Positions 38,675 through 51,830 of a stretch of 64,000 bases of DNA are shown here, in pieces. The translations under genes were made by a program, and so were the position numbers. Position 1 is the stretch's first letter; every line of letters begins with the position of its first letter. Source of the DNA: Camelus ferus. Lineage: Eukaryota. Location of the stretch: positions 72,666,001 through 72,730,000 of the forward strand of contig NC_045697.1 in NCBI RefSeq assembly GCF_009834535.1. The letters run 5' to 3'. Below the pieces are notes generated by a model, which had not been told where the DNA came from, ran no database searches, and saw nothing but the letters and a program-made list of their open reading frames with translations.

Positions 38675-39290
38675 CTGAAAACAGGCACTGCAATATTTAT
38701 GTTTTTGGATTTAAGAGCATGAAGAGATTTAATTAAAGATACCATAAAGAGAAAGCAGAGTAAAAGAATTGTCAAGAGTTTTCAAAACTAACTCTGAAGT
38801 GTGTTCATATGCTTGTAGTATGTGTCTTGTAGACTACAGCTGCTATTTGCTAAATGATCTATGCCTTTCCTGATTTTTTAAAAGCAGAATGCTTATTTAG
38901 AAGTCTACTAATACTTAAATTCACAATTATGAAGCAATGCCCTATTTCCCATTTGACTTCCATGCTACTTGTGTACAGAATCTAAATTTTCAAGTAATAG
39001 ACATTTACTGAATAGTAATAAAATATTTAAAAAATCTGTAAGATGTGTGGGTTATGCCTTATAATTAGATTTATGATTATACCAATTCCAAAAGTTTTCA
39101 TTTATTTTCTATTCATTTAATTATTTATACTCGCACCTTTTTCCACAAAGGAAAAACCTCCTAAAATTCAGCTTCAGAAAAAATTCTTATAAATGAATTT
39201 ATTTGTATTTTCCACAGCCCAGTTACTCAAAGCTTAGTATACAAAATTCTTTGCTTTTTAGGTTAATGTTTATTGTGGCTTGTCAAAAAG
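38675..39290 (-). pseudogene. Two further candidate pseudo-exons (39290-39137 and 39035-38675)
   Basis: Acceptors tttcatattcag| and catcttacag| after ~100-nt introns; phases join (0, then 1), but stop density is near random. Confidence 0.28.
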
Positions 39291-39390
39291 CTGAATATGA
39301 AATAAATCTCATGTAATTATATGCATAATTATATAAATATATTCTTAATAGCAGACAAAAGCTATTATTTTCAACAATAAAAGTACTTAC

Positions 39391-39553
39391 GGCTTTTTTA
39401 GTCAATAATTCTTTGATCAGTTTCAGGGGATCAGTGGATAATTTTGTTTGTTGCTAGATGATTTAGTTGTTCCTTTCAAAATTTGTAAAAGACTTCTATA
39501 TTTTTTAACACATTCTTTTTGTGTCATGGATAATATACATTGTTTGATAAGCA
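39391..39553 (-). pseudogene. Candidate pseudo-exon (163 nt)
   Basis: ctttcattcacag|...gcc|gtaagt; (V)LIKQCILSMTQKECVKKYRSLLQILK.../KLSTDPLKLIKELLTKKA with one frameshift. Confidence 0.45.
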
Positions 39554-41281
39554 CTGTGAATGAAAGCACTTGAATTCTTACAATAAAATGTTCATTTCAG
39601 ATTAAATTTTAAGACTTCAGGACATAAGTCTAACAAAATGTGCTAATGAAACTATATTAAAGTTTTGCATCTGTACATATTCCTGTGTTTAAACACTAGA
39701 CTTGAAGTAAACAATGATAACTCAGTGACTATAAAGAAGGTAGTACTTGACTCATTTCAAAACTGCTGTTCTATGTGCGCACTTTTTAGTTGTGTTTAAA
39801 TTTTACAGCAGTGGAACAAAGTTCAAATTGTGAGTTGTTATAGTTTTGTCTGAGAATGCAATTTTTAGTTGACCTGTAGAATATATTCGTTTCCTGTTGT
39901 GATTATTACTACTTTGTTGTATGGAGGAAGAGAACATGTTAAAATATGACTTGTTCCTGGTGTCAGTGTGCCTGTATAACACTGGTAGCTGTGAGTGTTA
40001 AAGGAGATCAACTAGTGTGTTTGTATGTCCCCACCCCCAGCATGTTTAGCTGCAGAGTCACAATCATTTGGGGACAGTCAGTGTCAGTTAATGGCTCTGA
40101 GATAGAGGACAGCACTATGCAAAAGGCAGAGCAGAGTATAAGATAGCAGTTCATAAATATGTGAGATGCTTTGGGGATTTAAAGGAACTAGGGTCTAATG
40201 TTCTATATATAATGGAGTTGGGAGAAATGAGCAAACAAAATCTAAGTTACTTCTGTTAGTTTGGTCTTGCTTGTACCCAAAGATTAGTCAAGACTTGAAA
40301 ACTTGGATTGTACTTATTGTTTATGACATCTTTATGAAAAATAAACAGAGGCAGATATTTATCCTGTTTATCCTTGAGGCATACAAGGGAGTAGATAAAA
40401 CGCTTAAATATATCCAATTAGTAAAACTGATAAATAGGATTTTAACTCAGACTTTCTTGTTTCCTTTTTGGTGGCTCATATATTAAAATAAGGCAAAAAC
40501 ATAGTGTGTAGAAACTATGGGATGAACTTTTTAATTGAACTCAATATCAAGATACTCATTAAAATGTCTACTTTTGTTTTTCACAGCTAGTGACATGTGT
40601 AGAACTCAGAGAAAATCTAGAGAACAATCAGGATGTTACTATAACTGGAAAGTGATTTATCCCTGGAAGCATGGTTTCATAGTTGATTTACATTTTAAGG
40701 AATTATCTATAGTAAATTTTTTTTGTATATCTACTATATGCTAAGAAAACGTCTGTGGTGTAAAATCAAGGAATACCTAGTTAAGGAAGATGTAGCAGTT
40801 ATGAATCACAGTTTAAAAACTCATTTATAGGGAAACATACTCTTTTTTTTTTTGCTCCACTTAATGTTCAATATGAATATTCTATCTCTCTGGATTGCCA
40901 GCAAATTTTAATCGCAGTCTCTTTTGCGTTTCCTGTCTTCTACCTCCAAATTAGTTCCAGAAGCATTTGTTATATCAAGATTTTAGGAATCGGGGATGCA
41001 ATTATTAAATATGTATCATAGTTCAAAGGTTACAGTTGATATGCCATGGTTTAAGTTAGCATGACCATTCTGACTTTGTGTCTTTTTGCTAATTTAGTGT
41101 AATGCTTGGGGAATCCTCCTGGAAGGCTGATCAGGTTTTGACAAGCCTAGATGTACTGTATCGGTGAAACCTTTCCAGGTCTTTGTTATGTTTTTCATAG
41201 AATTACTGGAGAGCTTGAGGTGTAGGGAGTGAAAGGGTCTTCTCTCTGTGTATTTTTACTCCGAATGTTTTGTTTGTATTT

Positions 41282-41740
41282 TGTGTTAGTTTTCCTGTCA
41301 CCATTGCAACAAATTGTCACAAACTTAATGTCTTAAAACAACACAGATTTATTATTTACAGTTCTAGGCTAAAACCAAGGTATTGTCAGGGCTGTCTTCA
41401 TTCTGGGGCCTCTGGAGGAGAATTCCTTTGCTTGACTTTTCTAGTTTCTAGAGGCTGCCCTTGGCTTGTCTCTCTCAGCCAGCAATCACATCATTATAAA
41501 CTCTGCTTCCATCCTCACATCTCTTTTTCTGACTCTTGGCCTACTGTCTTCCTCTTTCACTGATAAGGACCCTAGTGATACATTATGCCCACCTTGATAG
41601 TCCAGAATAGTCTCCCTAGCCCAAGATTATTAATGTAATCATATTTGCAAAATCCTTTTTGCCATGTAAGGTAACATGTTCATAGGTTCCAGGGAACAGG
41701 ATGTGCACATATTTGAGTGGCCATTATTCTACCTATAACA
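41282..41740 (-). mobile_element. MLT1 (B/C-like) solo LTR
   Basis: tgtgttagttttcct...cttaaaacaacacagatttattatttacagttct...gccatgtaaggtaaca...ccattattctacctataaca. Confidence 0.88.
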
Positions 41741-42445
41741 CAACTCAAAATCTCTGACCTATCTTGGGACTCAGGTTTTTGAAAGTTGAAATCCAGAGAG
41801 AAAAATCAGGATTTTTCTATTTTCTTGTAACATTATCCTGCTTGAATTAAATTCTTTGCTCAAATGAAAGGAAAGCAAAATACTAAAAGGAAAAATCCAA
41901 CAGTCACAAGTCACTATGTTAAAAAAAAAAACCAAAACAACAATCTCTTTCTTTTTTAAATCATAGAAGACGTGTGTTAAAAGAACTTGATTAGCTAAAT
42001 GGAAATGTTTGGTGGAAGTATAAATATTATCTGGTATCCTGTTATTGTATAAAAGGGCACATTACTGTTCTTTTTCTCCACTGAAGAAAATATTGAAGAT
42101 ATGAGCCTCATACAAATAAATACATGTTAAATAAGCGGAATAAAATAAGTCTTATGATTTCCTTCCCTGAATGTAGGAAAATGTCAATTTGGGTATTTAA
42201 GCATGATTCTCTTATGGTAGGGGAAAACAATTTATTTGTCATTTATATACCATTTGTTGTTAGTATCATACGTGGTAAGTATTTCAATGAAAAAAAGCAG
42301 CTTTAGCTTTTCACAAGCTAAACCACTGAAAATACTGGTGTTGTTTTGAGTCTGTGTCTTCACCTTTGAGTGAATTAGAGAATTTTAACAATGTTAAGAT
42401 ATTAGGAATCTAAAATTTGTTATAATTTATAAACCCTACACTTAC

Positions 42446-42743
42446 CTGAATCAGCCAAAACATTAGAATTTTAAAAATTTCCAGATCTTTTAATTAATAT
42501 AACACTATTTCCAATTAAAATTGCACTGTCCTTTGTGTGATTCTTGGGAAATATAAGATTCTTAAATTCCCTGGAACAATGGCTCCAATCAATTGTTTAC
42601 CAATCAGCAGTTGATGAAAAGATCCTCAATTCTATTGCCTCTGCCGTGGTTTGATTTCTTTCTCCTAACACTTGATTTATCTAGAGTTATTAAATTTAGG
42701 CAGTGATACTCTTTCACAGCTGTTAGACATTTAAAATTTAAAG
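42446..42743 (-). pseudogene. Candidate pseudo-exon (298 nt, phase 1->1)
   Basis: aattttccctttcatag|...cag|gtaagt; 45 open codons LNFKCLTAVKEYHCLNLITLDKSSVRRKKSNHGRGNRIEDLFINC, then a frameshift. Confidence 0.45.
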
Positions 42744-42769
42744 CTATGAAAGGGAAAATTGATGTGATC

Positions 42770-43340
42770 AGAGAAAATCAATTTGTAGCCTTACCTTATA
42801 CTATCCACCAGGATAAATTTTAGATGTATTGAGGAATTAAGTATAAAAAAACACAATTATAAAAAAATACTAGAGAAAATATGTGTGCATATTTATCTCA
42901 AGATGAGGAAGGATTTTCTATGACAAAATGTATGAAAGAAATAATAAAAATGATTCATAGACAATGCTGGTCACAGAATTTGCACATAATTTTTGAACAT
43001 TAAAAGACTATAAATAAATTGCGGATTATAGATTTGGAAAATATATTTGCAATAAATATGGTATTTTGTGTTTTCTTTTTTTTAATCAGTCATGCTGGGG
43101 GTTAGCATTATTTTCAATTTTTTCAAAGAATCAACATTTGCCTTTGATAATTTTCTGATTGTTTTTTATTTTACTGAAATCTACTCTTCTCTTTATTATT
43201 TCCTTCTATTTACTTTAAGTTTCATTTGGTCATCTTTTTTATCTTCTTAATGAGGATATTTAGATAATTTTTTTAATTGGGGTATTATTGACATATAACA
43301 TATTAGTTTCAGGTGCACAACATAATTATTTGATATTTGT
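42770..43340. mobile_element. Old L1 fragments (plus 42770-43060, minus 43080-43340)
   Basis: Decayed ORF2 and 3' motifs. Confidence 0.5.
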
Positions 43341-43413
43341 ATACACAGCCATATACTGCATGACTTTTTTAAGGGAACATTGCCTCAAATTCACAGATTC
43401 TAGATTTGTTTAC

Positions 43414-43629
43414 CATAAGCAATCATAAACCAGTGACATCCAGCAAAAATAATTCTATAGATTCCATAGGTAAACCATAAGACTCTTATCAGCATGTTTA
43501 TGAGGAAATTAGACTAGGTCATCTTCCTTTTTCCTTTCTTCCGTAGTAATGAGAAATAAATTAGTCACAGGCCAGCTACTAAACTCCTTCCTTTCCGAAC
43601 ATTAAATTTGAAATTGCTAATCCATCTCC
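43414..43629 (-). pseudogene. Candidate pseudo-exon (216 nt)
   Basis: Strong acceptor tttgtctctcgcag|, donor atg|gtaaac; local CpG retention; several stops. Confidence 0.33.
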
Positions 43630-43957
43630 CTGCGAGAGACAAACCGACCAACGAGAAAACAATTGTTGTTCTTTTTTGCTTTCACCTGAAGATGGTGGCT
43701 GTATCATAGTGGATATTCAACAAATATGTGGTGATTGAATGAAAGAGTAAATGAATAAAGTAGATATACTACTAAACATAACTCATAATTATACTAGTTA
43801 GACGGTTGCTTATATGATTATCTGTGTAAAGTCTATTTTTCATAATAGTAAATAAGCTCTAGGAGGGCAGAGAATATATATGTCCTGTTTATAACTGTAT
43901 CCCTAGTCTCTGGAATATTGTAGGACTTTAATTAATATTTGTGGATTGAAGACTTAC

Positions 43958-44269
43958 CCTTACATCTTATAAAAGATTTGACTCAGATTAATTCTCAAGT
44001 TGAGGAAGAGGAATAGGAAAGTTTCTAATTTCTTCAAGATCAAGTCACATATTATACACACTAAATTCTATAGTTTCCCCCTAATTTCAGAGCTATATTT
44101 TAAAAGCACTTCAAGCTGGACAATTAAAATTTTCAGGCAGATGTTAAAATAGTGACACAAATTATCTTTTTTGTTATTAATCTCTGTTGATAATTGCTTT
44201 GCACTCTGGATTTTTTTCTTAAACTTTGAATTTGTGTACAGTCTTCTTGAAAATGGCTTGCTTTCACTC
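43958..44269 (-). pseudogene. Candidate pseudo-exon (312 nt)
   Basis: ggctttatag|...agg|gtaagt; starts (G)VKASHFQEDCTQIQSLRKKSRVQSNYQQR and, after a frameshift, ends DLEEIRNFPIPLPQLEN*SESNLL*DVR. Confidence 0.4.
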
Positions 44270-44885
44270 CTATAAAGCCACCCAATGAAACATTTAAATC
44301 AGATTTTTGCCTCTAGTATTTTCTATCACTGTATAACTTTGAGCTCCCTATCTAACATCAGTTAAGCTTTTACCCATGCTATTTAAGTACTTAATAAGGG
44401 TGCTAACAGTTATTTTAATTTTGTAGGAAATATTATTAGATTTTTACCATAAGACATTTTATTTTACCTAAGTGATTTCAACTATGTATTCTGATAATCT
44501 TTTTCTCTAAAGATTTCCTTATTATTACAGGTAAATGTAAATAATATTATTAAATAAACACTGTTTGAATGAAAAAAATCATAAAATATAATTTAATGTT
44601 ATGTATAAATAAATGAGTTTAAAAATTTAAGCACCTTTATTGAAGTATAATTTTCATATTAAAATATTCACCTATTTTAAGTATACATTTCAATGAGCTT
44701 TAAGTAAAGTTACAGAGTTGGACAGCCATCCCCACAATTTTAGAATATTTTCATTACTCCAGAAAGATCCCTCATGCGTACTTGAATTGTCTTAGCATCC
44801 TTGCAGAAAATTAGTTGAAAATTATTGTAACTGCCAATTCTATTTCATTGATCTCTGTATCTGTTCTCAGGCCATAGTCTTTATT

Positions 44886-46166
44886 TTTTTTTAATTTTTT
44901 ATTGATTTATAATCATTTTACAATGTTGTGTCAAGTTCCAGTGTTCAGCACAATTTTTCAATCATTCGTGGACATATACACACTCATTGTCACATTTTTT
45001 TCTCTGTGAGTTATCATAACATTTTGTGTATATTTCCCTGTGCTATACAGTGTAATCTTGTTTATCTATTCTACAATTTTGAAATCCCAGTCTATCGCTT
45101 CCCACCTTCCACCCCCCTGGCAACCACAAGTCTGTATTCTCTATCTGTGAGTCTATTTCTGTCCTGTATTTACGCTTTGTTTTTGTTTGTTTGTTTGTTT
45201 TTGTTTTTGTTTTTTAGATTCCACATATGAGCGATCTCATATGGTATTTTTCTTTCTCTTTCTGGCTTACTTCACTTAGAATGACATTCTCCAGGAGCAT
45301 CCATGTTGCTGCAAATGGCATTATGTTGTCGGTTTTTATGGCTGAGTAGTATTCCATTGTATAAATATACCACCTCTTCTTTATCCAGTCACCTGTTGAT
45401 GGACATTTAGGCTGTTTCCATGTTTTGGCTATTGTAAATAGTGCTGCTATGAACATTGGGGTGCAGGTGTCATCCTGAAGTAGATTTCCTTCTGGATACA
45501 AGCCCCGGAGTGGGATTCCTGGGTCATATGGTAAGTCTATTCCTAGTCTTTTGAGGAATCTCCATACTGTTTTCCACAGTGGTTGTACCAAACTGCATTC
45601 CCACCAGCAGTGTAGGAGGGTTCCCCTTTCTCCACAGCCTCTCCAGCATTTGTCATCTGTGGATTTTTGAATGACGGCCATTCTGACTGGTGTGAGGTGA
45701 TACCTCATTGTAGTTTTGATTTGCATTTCTCTGATAATTAGTGATATTGAGCATTTTTTTTCATGTGCTTATTGATCATTTGTATGTCTTCCTTGGAGAA
45801 TTTCTTGTTTAGGTCTTCTGCCCATTTTTGGGTTCGGTTGTTTGTTTTTTTCTTATTGAGTCGTATGAGCTGCTTATATATTCTGGAGATCAAGCCTATG
45901 TCGTTTTCATCATTTGCAAAAGTGTTCTCCCATTCTGTAGGTTGTCGTTTTGTTTTACTTCTGGTTTCCTTTGCTGTGCAGAAGCTTGTAAGTTTCATCA
46001 GGTCCCATTTGTTTATTCTTGCTTTTATTTCTTCTAGGAGAAAATTTTTGAAATGTATGTCAGATAATGTTTTGCCTATGTTTTCCTCTAGGAGGTTTAT
46101 TGTATCTTGTCTTATGTTTAAGTCTTTAATCCCTTTTGACCTGATTTTTGTATATGGTGTAAGGGA
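44886..46166 (-). mobile_element. Young L1 3' end inserted in an older L1 (44620-44885 / 46167-46430)
   Basis: ORF 45214..45726 is the open ORF2 C-terminus ([17 protein letters not shown]...HCWWEC); 15-bp TSD gccatagtctt(t/g)att at 44871 and 46167. Confidence 0.95.
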
Positions 46167-46781
46167 GCCATAGTCTTGATTACAGTAGCTTTGTAGTAAG
46201 TTTTGAGACCAGCAAGTGTGAGTTCTCCAATTTTGTTCTTCATTTTCAAGATTAATTTGGCCATTTGGTGTCCCTTATAATTCCAAATGATTATTCGAAG
46301 CAGCTTGTCAAACTTGAAAAAAAAAAGGTACAGCTGAAATTTTGACATGGATTGTGTTGAATTTGTAGATCCGTTTGGGGAATATTGTCATCTTCATATT
46401 AAGTCTTCCAAGTCATGAACAACCAATGCAACCAATGCTTTTTAATTCATTTAAAATTAATCCCAAATAGCAGTCAATTTTTTTCATTTTTTCCCCTTGT
46501 GCCCTTTACTATTTCCCTAATACACCCAAGAAATTGGTAATAGTTGTATGAGGGAGAGACCTAGGTGGTATGAGACAGGCAGGAAGGGGGACTTATATTT
46601 TACTTTGTACCCTCTTGCATCTTTTCAATTATGTGCTCTATACATATAGAAGTTAATTAAAATTAAATTTACTGAAAATTTGCTCCCAGTTTCTTGAGGT
46701 GCAATAAGATGCACAGATATGGAATGAGGTGTTAGATGGGCCAGGTTTATGCAATTAGTTTCTGTTTTGCTTTAGACTCAC

Positions 46782-46848
46782 CTGAACATTGTCTAATCTC
46801 TGGCTACCCTATTTCTAATTCTGAACCTCTGTCGATTTCCTCTTTATC
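46782..46848 (-). pseudogene. Candidate pseudo-exon (67 nt, phase 0->1)
   Basis: gtgtgttag|...cag|gtgagt; DKEEIDRGSELEIG*PEIRQCS; phase matches both neighbours. Confidence 0.4.
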
Positions 46849-47041
46849 CTAACACACAGTCTATTTTTTGGCTCTTATTCTTTGCAATATTTTAGTCAGT
46901 TATTAGCTGGCTTGCTTTCTGGTAGCTTCAATCAGGTGCTTATAATAGGTATGGACGTCCTTTACTTTCTTTCCATTCCTGACTATACCCTACTCCCCAC
47001 CTCTCCCTAATAACTCTAAGATACCTATAGTTTTATCTTAC

Positions 47042-47195
47042 TTTTAAAGAGTAATGCCCTGTCCTAGAAAGACTATATTTCAGACAATTTTTCACTCCTT
47101 TTTGAGTCATTAACTTGGATTTCCTGATTCCTTCCTTCTGTCTTGAATTTAAAAAAATGCATTTATTTGGTAGGTAGTCAGACATCATACTCTCT
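47042..47195 (-). pseudogene. Candidate pseudo-exon (154 nt, open frame, phase 2->0)
   Basis: cccactttacag|...aaa|gtaaga; 51 open codons ESMMSDYLPNKCIFLNSRQKEGIRKSKLMTQKGVKNCLKYSLSRTGHYSLK. Confidence 0.5.
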
Positions 47196-47589
47196 CTGTA
47201 AAGTGGGTTTTATTTAAAAACCTTTGCATATTAGAATATCAAATAAAATGTCTCATTTATTAAATATTTATTGATAAGCAAGATGACTATGAGATTAAGA
47301 TACAATACCTATTATAGTCAAATATTTAAATGTTTACCATTTTTCAATTATAAAGAAAATACAAACAGAATATTTCTAGCAATAATGAGCTAGATTTAAA
47401 CAAATATTTAAAGAAGTTCTGTGACTATTCATTCTTTGTAATAAAATTATTTTTTGTTATAAAGTTACTTATATTTATAATAAACAAATCCAGCCATTTC
47501 AAATATAAAACTATGAATGTAAGTCCTCCTGTTATTCTAATTTCTAAAGATAGCTTTATTAACATATTTTTTTCTACATAAGTACTAAA

Positions 47590-48650
47590 ATGTGTCAGTA
47601 GAGGAAGCTTTCTGCTGTGATCGAATACCAGACCAGTAGTGACTTAAATCATTTAAGATGTTGAATTATTTCAGGTAATCAAGGGGTCTGAAGAAAAGTG
47701 CTTCTCAGATTAGTGGGATGGCTCGGGAATGTAATCCTAACATCCTTACCCTGATTTTCTATACTTGATGACTTTTTCCCCCAGAGTCTTCTTGTTTCAT
47801 GAGTATAAGGTCACTGCCACAACCTCAAGTGCCATATCTTCATTCAAGGGCATTACTGGCTGTAGGGGAAGGCTGAGTGGAGAAAGGGGTCTTCTTTTCA
47901 TCAGAGAGAAACGTAATTCCATAAGTCTTCCCTTATTTTGACTAGAACTAGATATTTGATTCTTTTGCTGTAAGAAAGCTGAGAAAATTATTATCTGGCA
48001 GAGGGTCATGGAATTGACATGAATATATTCACCCACTTACGATTTTTTTTCTTGGGTCTAGGAAAGTTGTTTCTAGGACAGAGTTATAATTCTTTTTTTT
48101 TTTTTTTAAAGAAACAAGGGGAGAAGGGCTACTGAATAGGCCTCTAGCAGTAGCTTCTGTATATATTGTATCAATGCATGTGTGTAGGATTTGATTTTGC
48201 CTGTGATTTATACAGACCCCAGATAACTGGTTTAAACAGGAGGGAAATTTACTTTTCTCCTGTAGAAGTTCAGAGCAGGTAGTACAAGGAGTGAGATTCC
48301 TTTCAGATTCTGCTTTGCCATCCCTAAAGAATGAGCCTCATTCCCATAGTTCAAAATGTTGATCATACTCTGAGCAGTGGGTGAAAAATGGATAAAGGCA
48401 AAAGGAGCCAAAAGGGCATTCACTGGCCATCATTAAGGCAGGGCTCCTTGAAGCTACTCTGAAACATTTGGCTTCTGTTGAGTTGTCTGATTCTCAGTCA
48501 TCAGACCACATCCACCTGTTAAGGACCCTGAGAAATGTACCATGTATGATGGGTGGCTGTGTGGGTAGGTAAAAGTTAGTGCTTATTAAAAGAAGCCTTC
48601 AAGAAAGAGAGTGGAATGGATATAGGAGACTGCTGGTAGCCTCTGCTCTG
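47590..48650 (-). mobile_element. Two adjacent old MLT1 LTR remnants
   Basis: tgtgtcagt/tgtgtagg starts, gtgacttaaa and ggtttaaaca motifs, MLT1-like ends. Confidence 0.55.
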
Positions 48651-48807
48651 TATAGGCATAAAGGAATATTCAATATCCTCGTTGCTGTAAAAATGGCTTT
48701 GTTCTGAACATATTTACTAGTATCTTCTTTTTATCTAAAGAAATTGTTTTGGGCCAAGGCATGTGAAAGATATGAAAAGTCATACTTTTTATCTGTTTAA
48801 TTTATAC

Positions 48808-49988
48808 CTATTTTTTTTTTTTTGCCAATTTAGTGTTTTGGTCAGGACTAAGGAAAAGCACTTCTGAAAGACACCGAGTTTTCCTATTGCATAGATTTAA
48901 AGAAAAATTTTAGAACTTATGTTTTGGGCATGGCTTGAAATCTTAATCATTTTCGAAAAAGGTATATAGAGAAAAACTAAAAGCTTTCTCAAAGGTTGTA
49001 ACACTATTCAGGACTTTTAATCTGTGAAAGCTGTGTGAAATCCTGTCACCACAGTATAAACTGTTGGATAGAGAAATTATTTCTTTTTCAAACTTTTCTT
49101 TCTTTATTCTTCCTGAATGATTACTACACTTCAGATAGTAAGATTTTATTGAACAGATATGTGTGTGAGAAGAAAAGCCATGGTAATCTCTTTTATGTGT
49201 ATTTTTTTGAAATTGCTTCTGCATAGATTTAATTTTATATCCAAGCTTAGAGGTAAAAAGCAAGCTAGTAATGTAATTGTTCTCTGGCCAGCCTGGTCAT
49301 AGCCTACTGCAGGAAGCTCATTCAACTAGGATACTTCAACAGTTCTGGCAGAAAATAAAATCTTTCTTTCTTGTTCATGTAAATAATACCATGCCAGTGA
49401 ATCTTTATTAATCCTGGCTTTGTGAAATGAAGTTTTAAAATCTCCTAAGTATCCTCTAATTCATACCGTTGCTCTAGTATAAAGAGATGAAATAACTTTT
49501 ATTACTGAAAGACCATGCATCTATATTCAATCTGTTTTTGATCTCTCTGTCATTGCTGCATTGGTGGAATGCTTGCTTTCAAGGATAAATGAGTCAAATT
49601 TTATAACTTCTGTCTACCAGGCATTCCTCTGAGTGATGCTATTGATTGGCTGTCTGAGAATCTGTTACTGGAGGGTTGGCTTCTTCATGGCACATGATGT
49701 CTTCTTCCTAATACCGTGTAAGTCTACAATATTCTTTATGAAGTCCCGTAATCACTTCATTATTCCATGTTGCTAAGCAGTCAGCACCTGCTGGCTGCTT
49801 AAAGGAAAATTTGCTTCGCATATTTTGCACTGCGGTTAAATAGGCCGAGATCTGTAATGTCACAGATGGTTTGGCATAACTAAGAAGGTCACATGGATTG
49901 TGGTAAAATTTGGACCCTGCTTTCAAATGGGGTTTTTGAAGCCCCTCTCAGTGGCATTGTTTGATGTGAGTTTATTTGCTGTTTTTTC
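48808..49988 (-). pseudogene. Candidate large pseudo-exon (~1.2 kb)
   Basis: Acceptor ggctttcag|; contains stop-poor minus frames including track ORFs 49708..49926 and 48943..49263 (106 codons); several retained CpGs; possible donor ag|gtataa. Confidence 0.38.
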
Positions 49989-50145
49989 CTGAAAGCCTGT
50001 TACTATATTAAAACATTAATCATTTACGTTCTACTCCATGTAGTACATTGTTCTGGGTGCTTTGAGAAATAACACAGAACAGTAAGATAGGATTTTGTCC
50101 CTATCAAGATTCACTCATCCTAACTCATGAAATAATTGTGTGGGT

Positions 50146-50658
50146 TATAGTAGACATTTCCCCTTTTTTGTCCCAACACCACACCCGGAGTTTGAAGCTT
50201 CTTCTATCCCATGAGATTGCCTGTGTCTCCACGAGAGCACCCCTCTTCCCTGCCTCTGCTGCATCTGGCCCAGCTCTGACAAGCAGACACACATTCTGAG
50301 ATAAACGAGGCACCACTTAGGATGCATTCCGGTGAGGTGAGGCAGTGGGCACCGCTGCTTCCTCGCTCCAGAAGCAACAGACAACAGTGATGGGGGGATA
50401 GTAGGAGTACATAATGGCTAGCACTGCTGGGGTTGGGGGAATTACCTAAGGTGTCTGCATCCATGGGTGGTAGCTTGATATCTTCATGAGACCAGTTTTG
50501 TTTTGTTTTTTTTATATGAATTTAGGCATTTCCTTGGTTGGGAATTCTCTATGATTACTAGTTACTGGGCTTTTTTAGATTCTTTGATTTACTCAAAGTA
50601 TATAATTATAGTGAGAATCACTTTCTGTTGCTTGTAACTAAGGACACTGATTGATATA
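50146..50658 (+). mobile_element. ERVL/MaLR-type LTR
   Basis: Ends ttctgttgcttgtaactaaggacactgattgatata. Confidence 0.55.
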
Positions 50659-50809
50659 AGTGGCTAAAAACAGTCATACCTTTAATGAATAACAAAAGAG
50701 TAAAATCTCAAATTTGGGTTAACATATTAATGTAATATGATGGAGATAGAAAGGGCTGAAAAAGATAGGAAACATTCACAGAAGAGCTAGACATTGAGTT
50801 CTGGAGTCT

Positions 50810-51830
50810 TCATCCATTCAACAAATACTCTGAGCTGTTGATATATACCAGATACAGTATTAAGTGCTTGAGATAAAAAAGTGAATAAGAATGACACAGC
50901 TCCTACCTTCATGAAGCTTACTATCCAATAAAAAAAGAAATTAGTCTTCATTACAACAACTCTGGCAACAGCTCCATTTGGAGACTAAGAGGATACAACA
51001 TGAACTTACATCAGAGACTCTTATGTATTCAAGAACAGTCAGATGAGGCTTCCCAGAGGAGTGTCTTTGAGAAACAATATGAATGATATGTAAACTAAAA
51101 TGAGCTGATGGAGGAGGGTCTTTGAGTAATGAGTGTCCAAGTAAAGACATCAGCATTTATAAAATGATTTATAGTGAAAGACAATGTAGAACATTTGAAA
51201 AGTAGAAAAAATTTATGTGTGGTTGAAATATAGAATATAGAAATAAAAGTGGCCAAGATAATCTGCAGAAGGACCAAATATATTTTTTCTATATTTAACC
51301 ATGGTGGTTTGAGAGAGTTTACTGAGGCTGGTGCTTTTGAAAGATAGGATCAAGACCAAGAGTAATATGCAACATTATGGTGCTAGTATTATTCTTTGAA
51401 AATAAAGAGTATTTTTTACTCTGCTGGTTCCTCAGTATACCCTATTAAGTCCTGATGTTATGTGTAATCTTGAAATACAGGTTTATATGGGTCTATTCCT
51501 GAGTGAAAAACTGAAATGACTATCTGGAGATGATGAATCATTCTAAACAACTCTAACTTAGGAAAGCTAGTACAGTGTTGTGCAATCAAGAGATTCTTAT
51601 TACCTGCTTTTAAAATAGACGGAGGTCTCTCTAGTAAAGTATGAGACTGTAGATTTTCTTGTTTTAAAATAGTTGGGTATCTGTACTATCTGTGTGATGG
51701 TGCACTGGACCAGAATCCAGTAGGCCGGTAGCAGTGTTTAAATGGATGAAAAGAGAAAGACATATTTACGATATATTTAGGAGGATTTGGCCATTGATTA
51801 AGAAGGGAAGGTAAGTGAAGAAGAGGATGC
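50810..51830 (-). mobile_element. L2 fragments
   Basis: tcatccattcaacaaatact tail; L2 3' motifs at 50810-51290 and 51590-51830. Confidence 0.65.

Noticed and set aside
18267..42274. Plus-strand micro-exons (13 nt at ~18267, 11 nt at ~42264), a 65-nt candidate at 33846-33910 and an acceptor at 40586
   Set aside because: Not frame-preserving or lacking a good partner site; indistinguishable from chance.
51604..51680. Minus-strand exon candidate with cag|gtaata donor and open frames
   Set aside because: Weak acceptor, and it lies in L2-like sequence.
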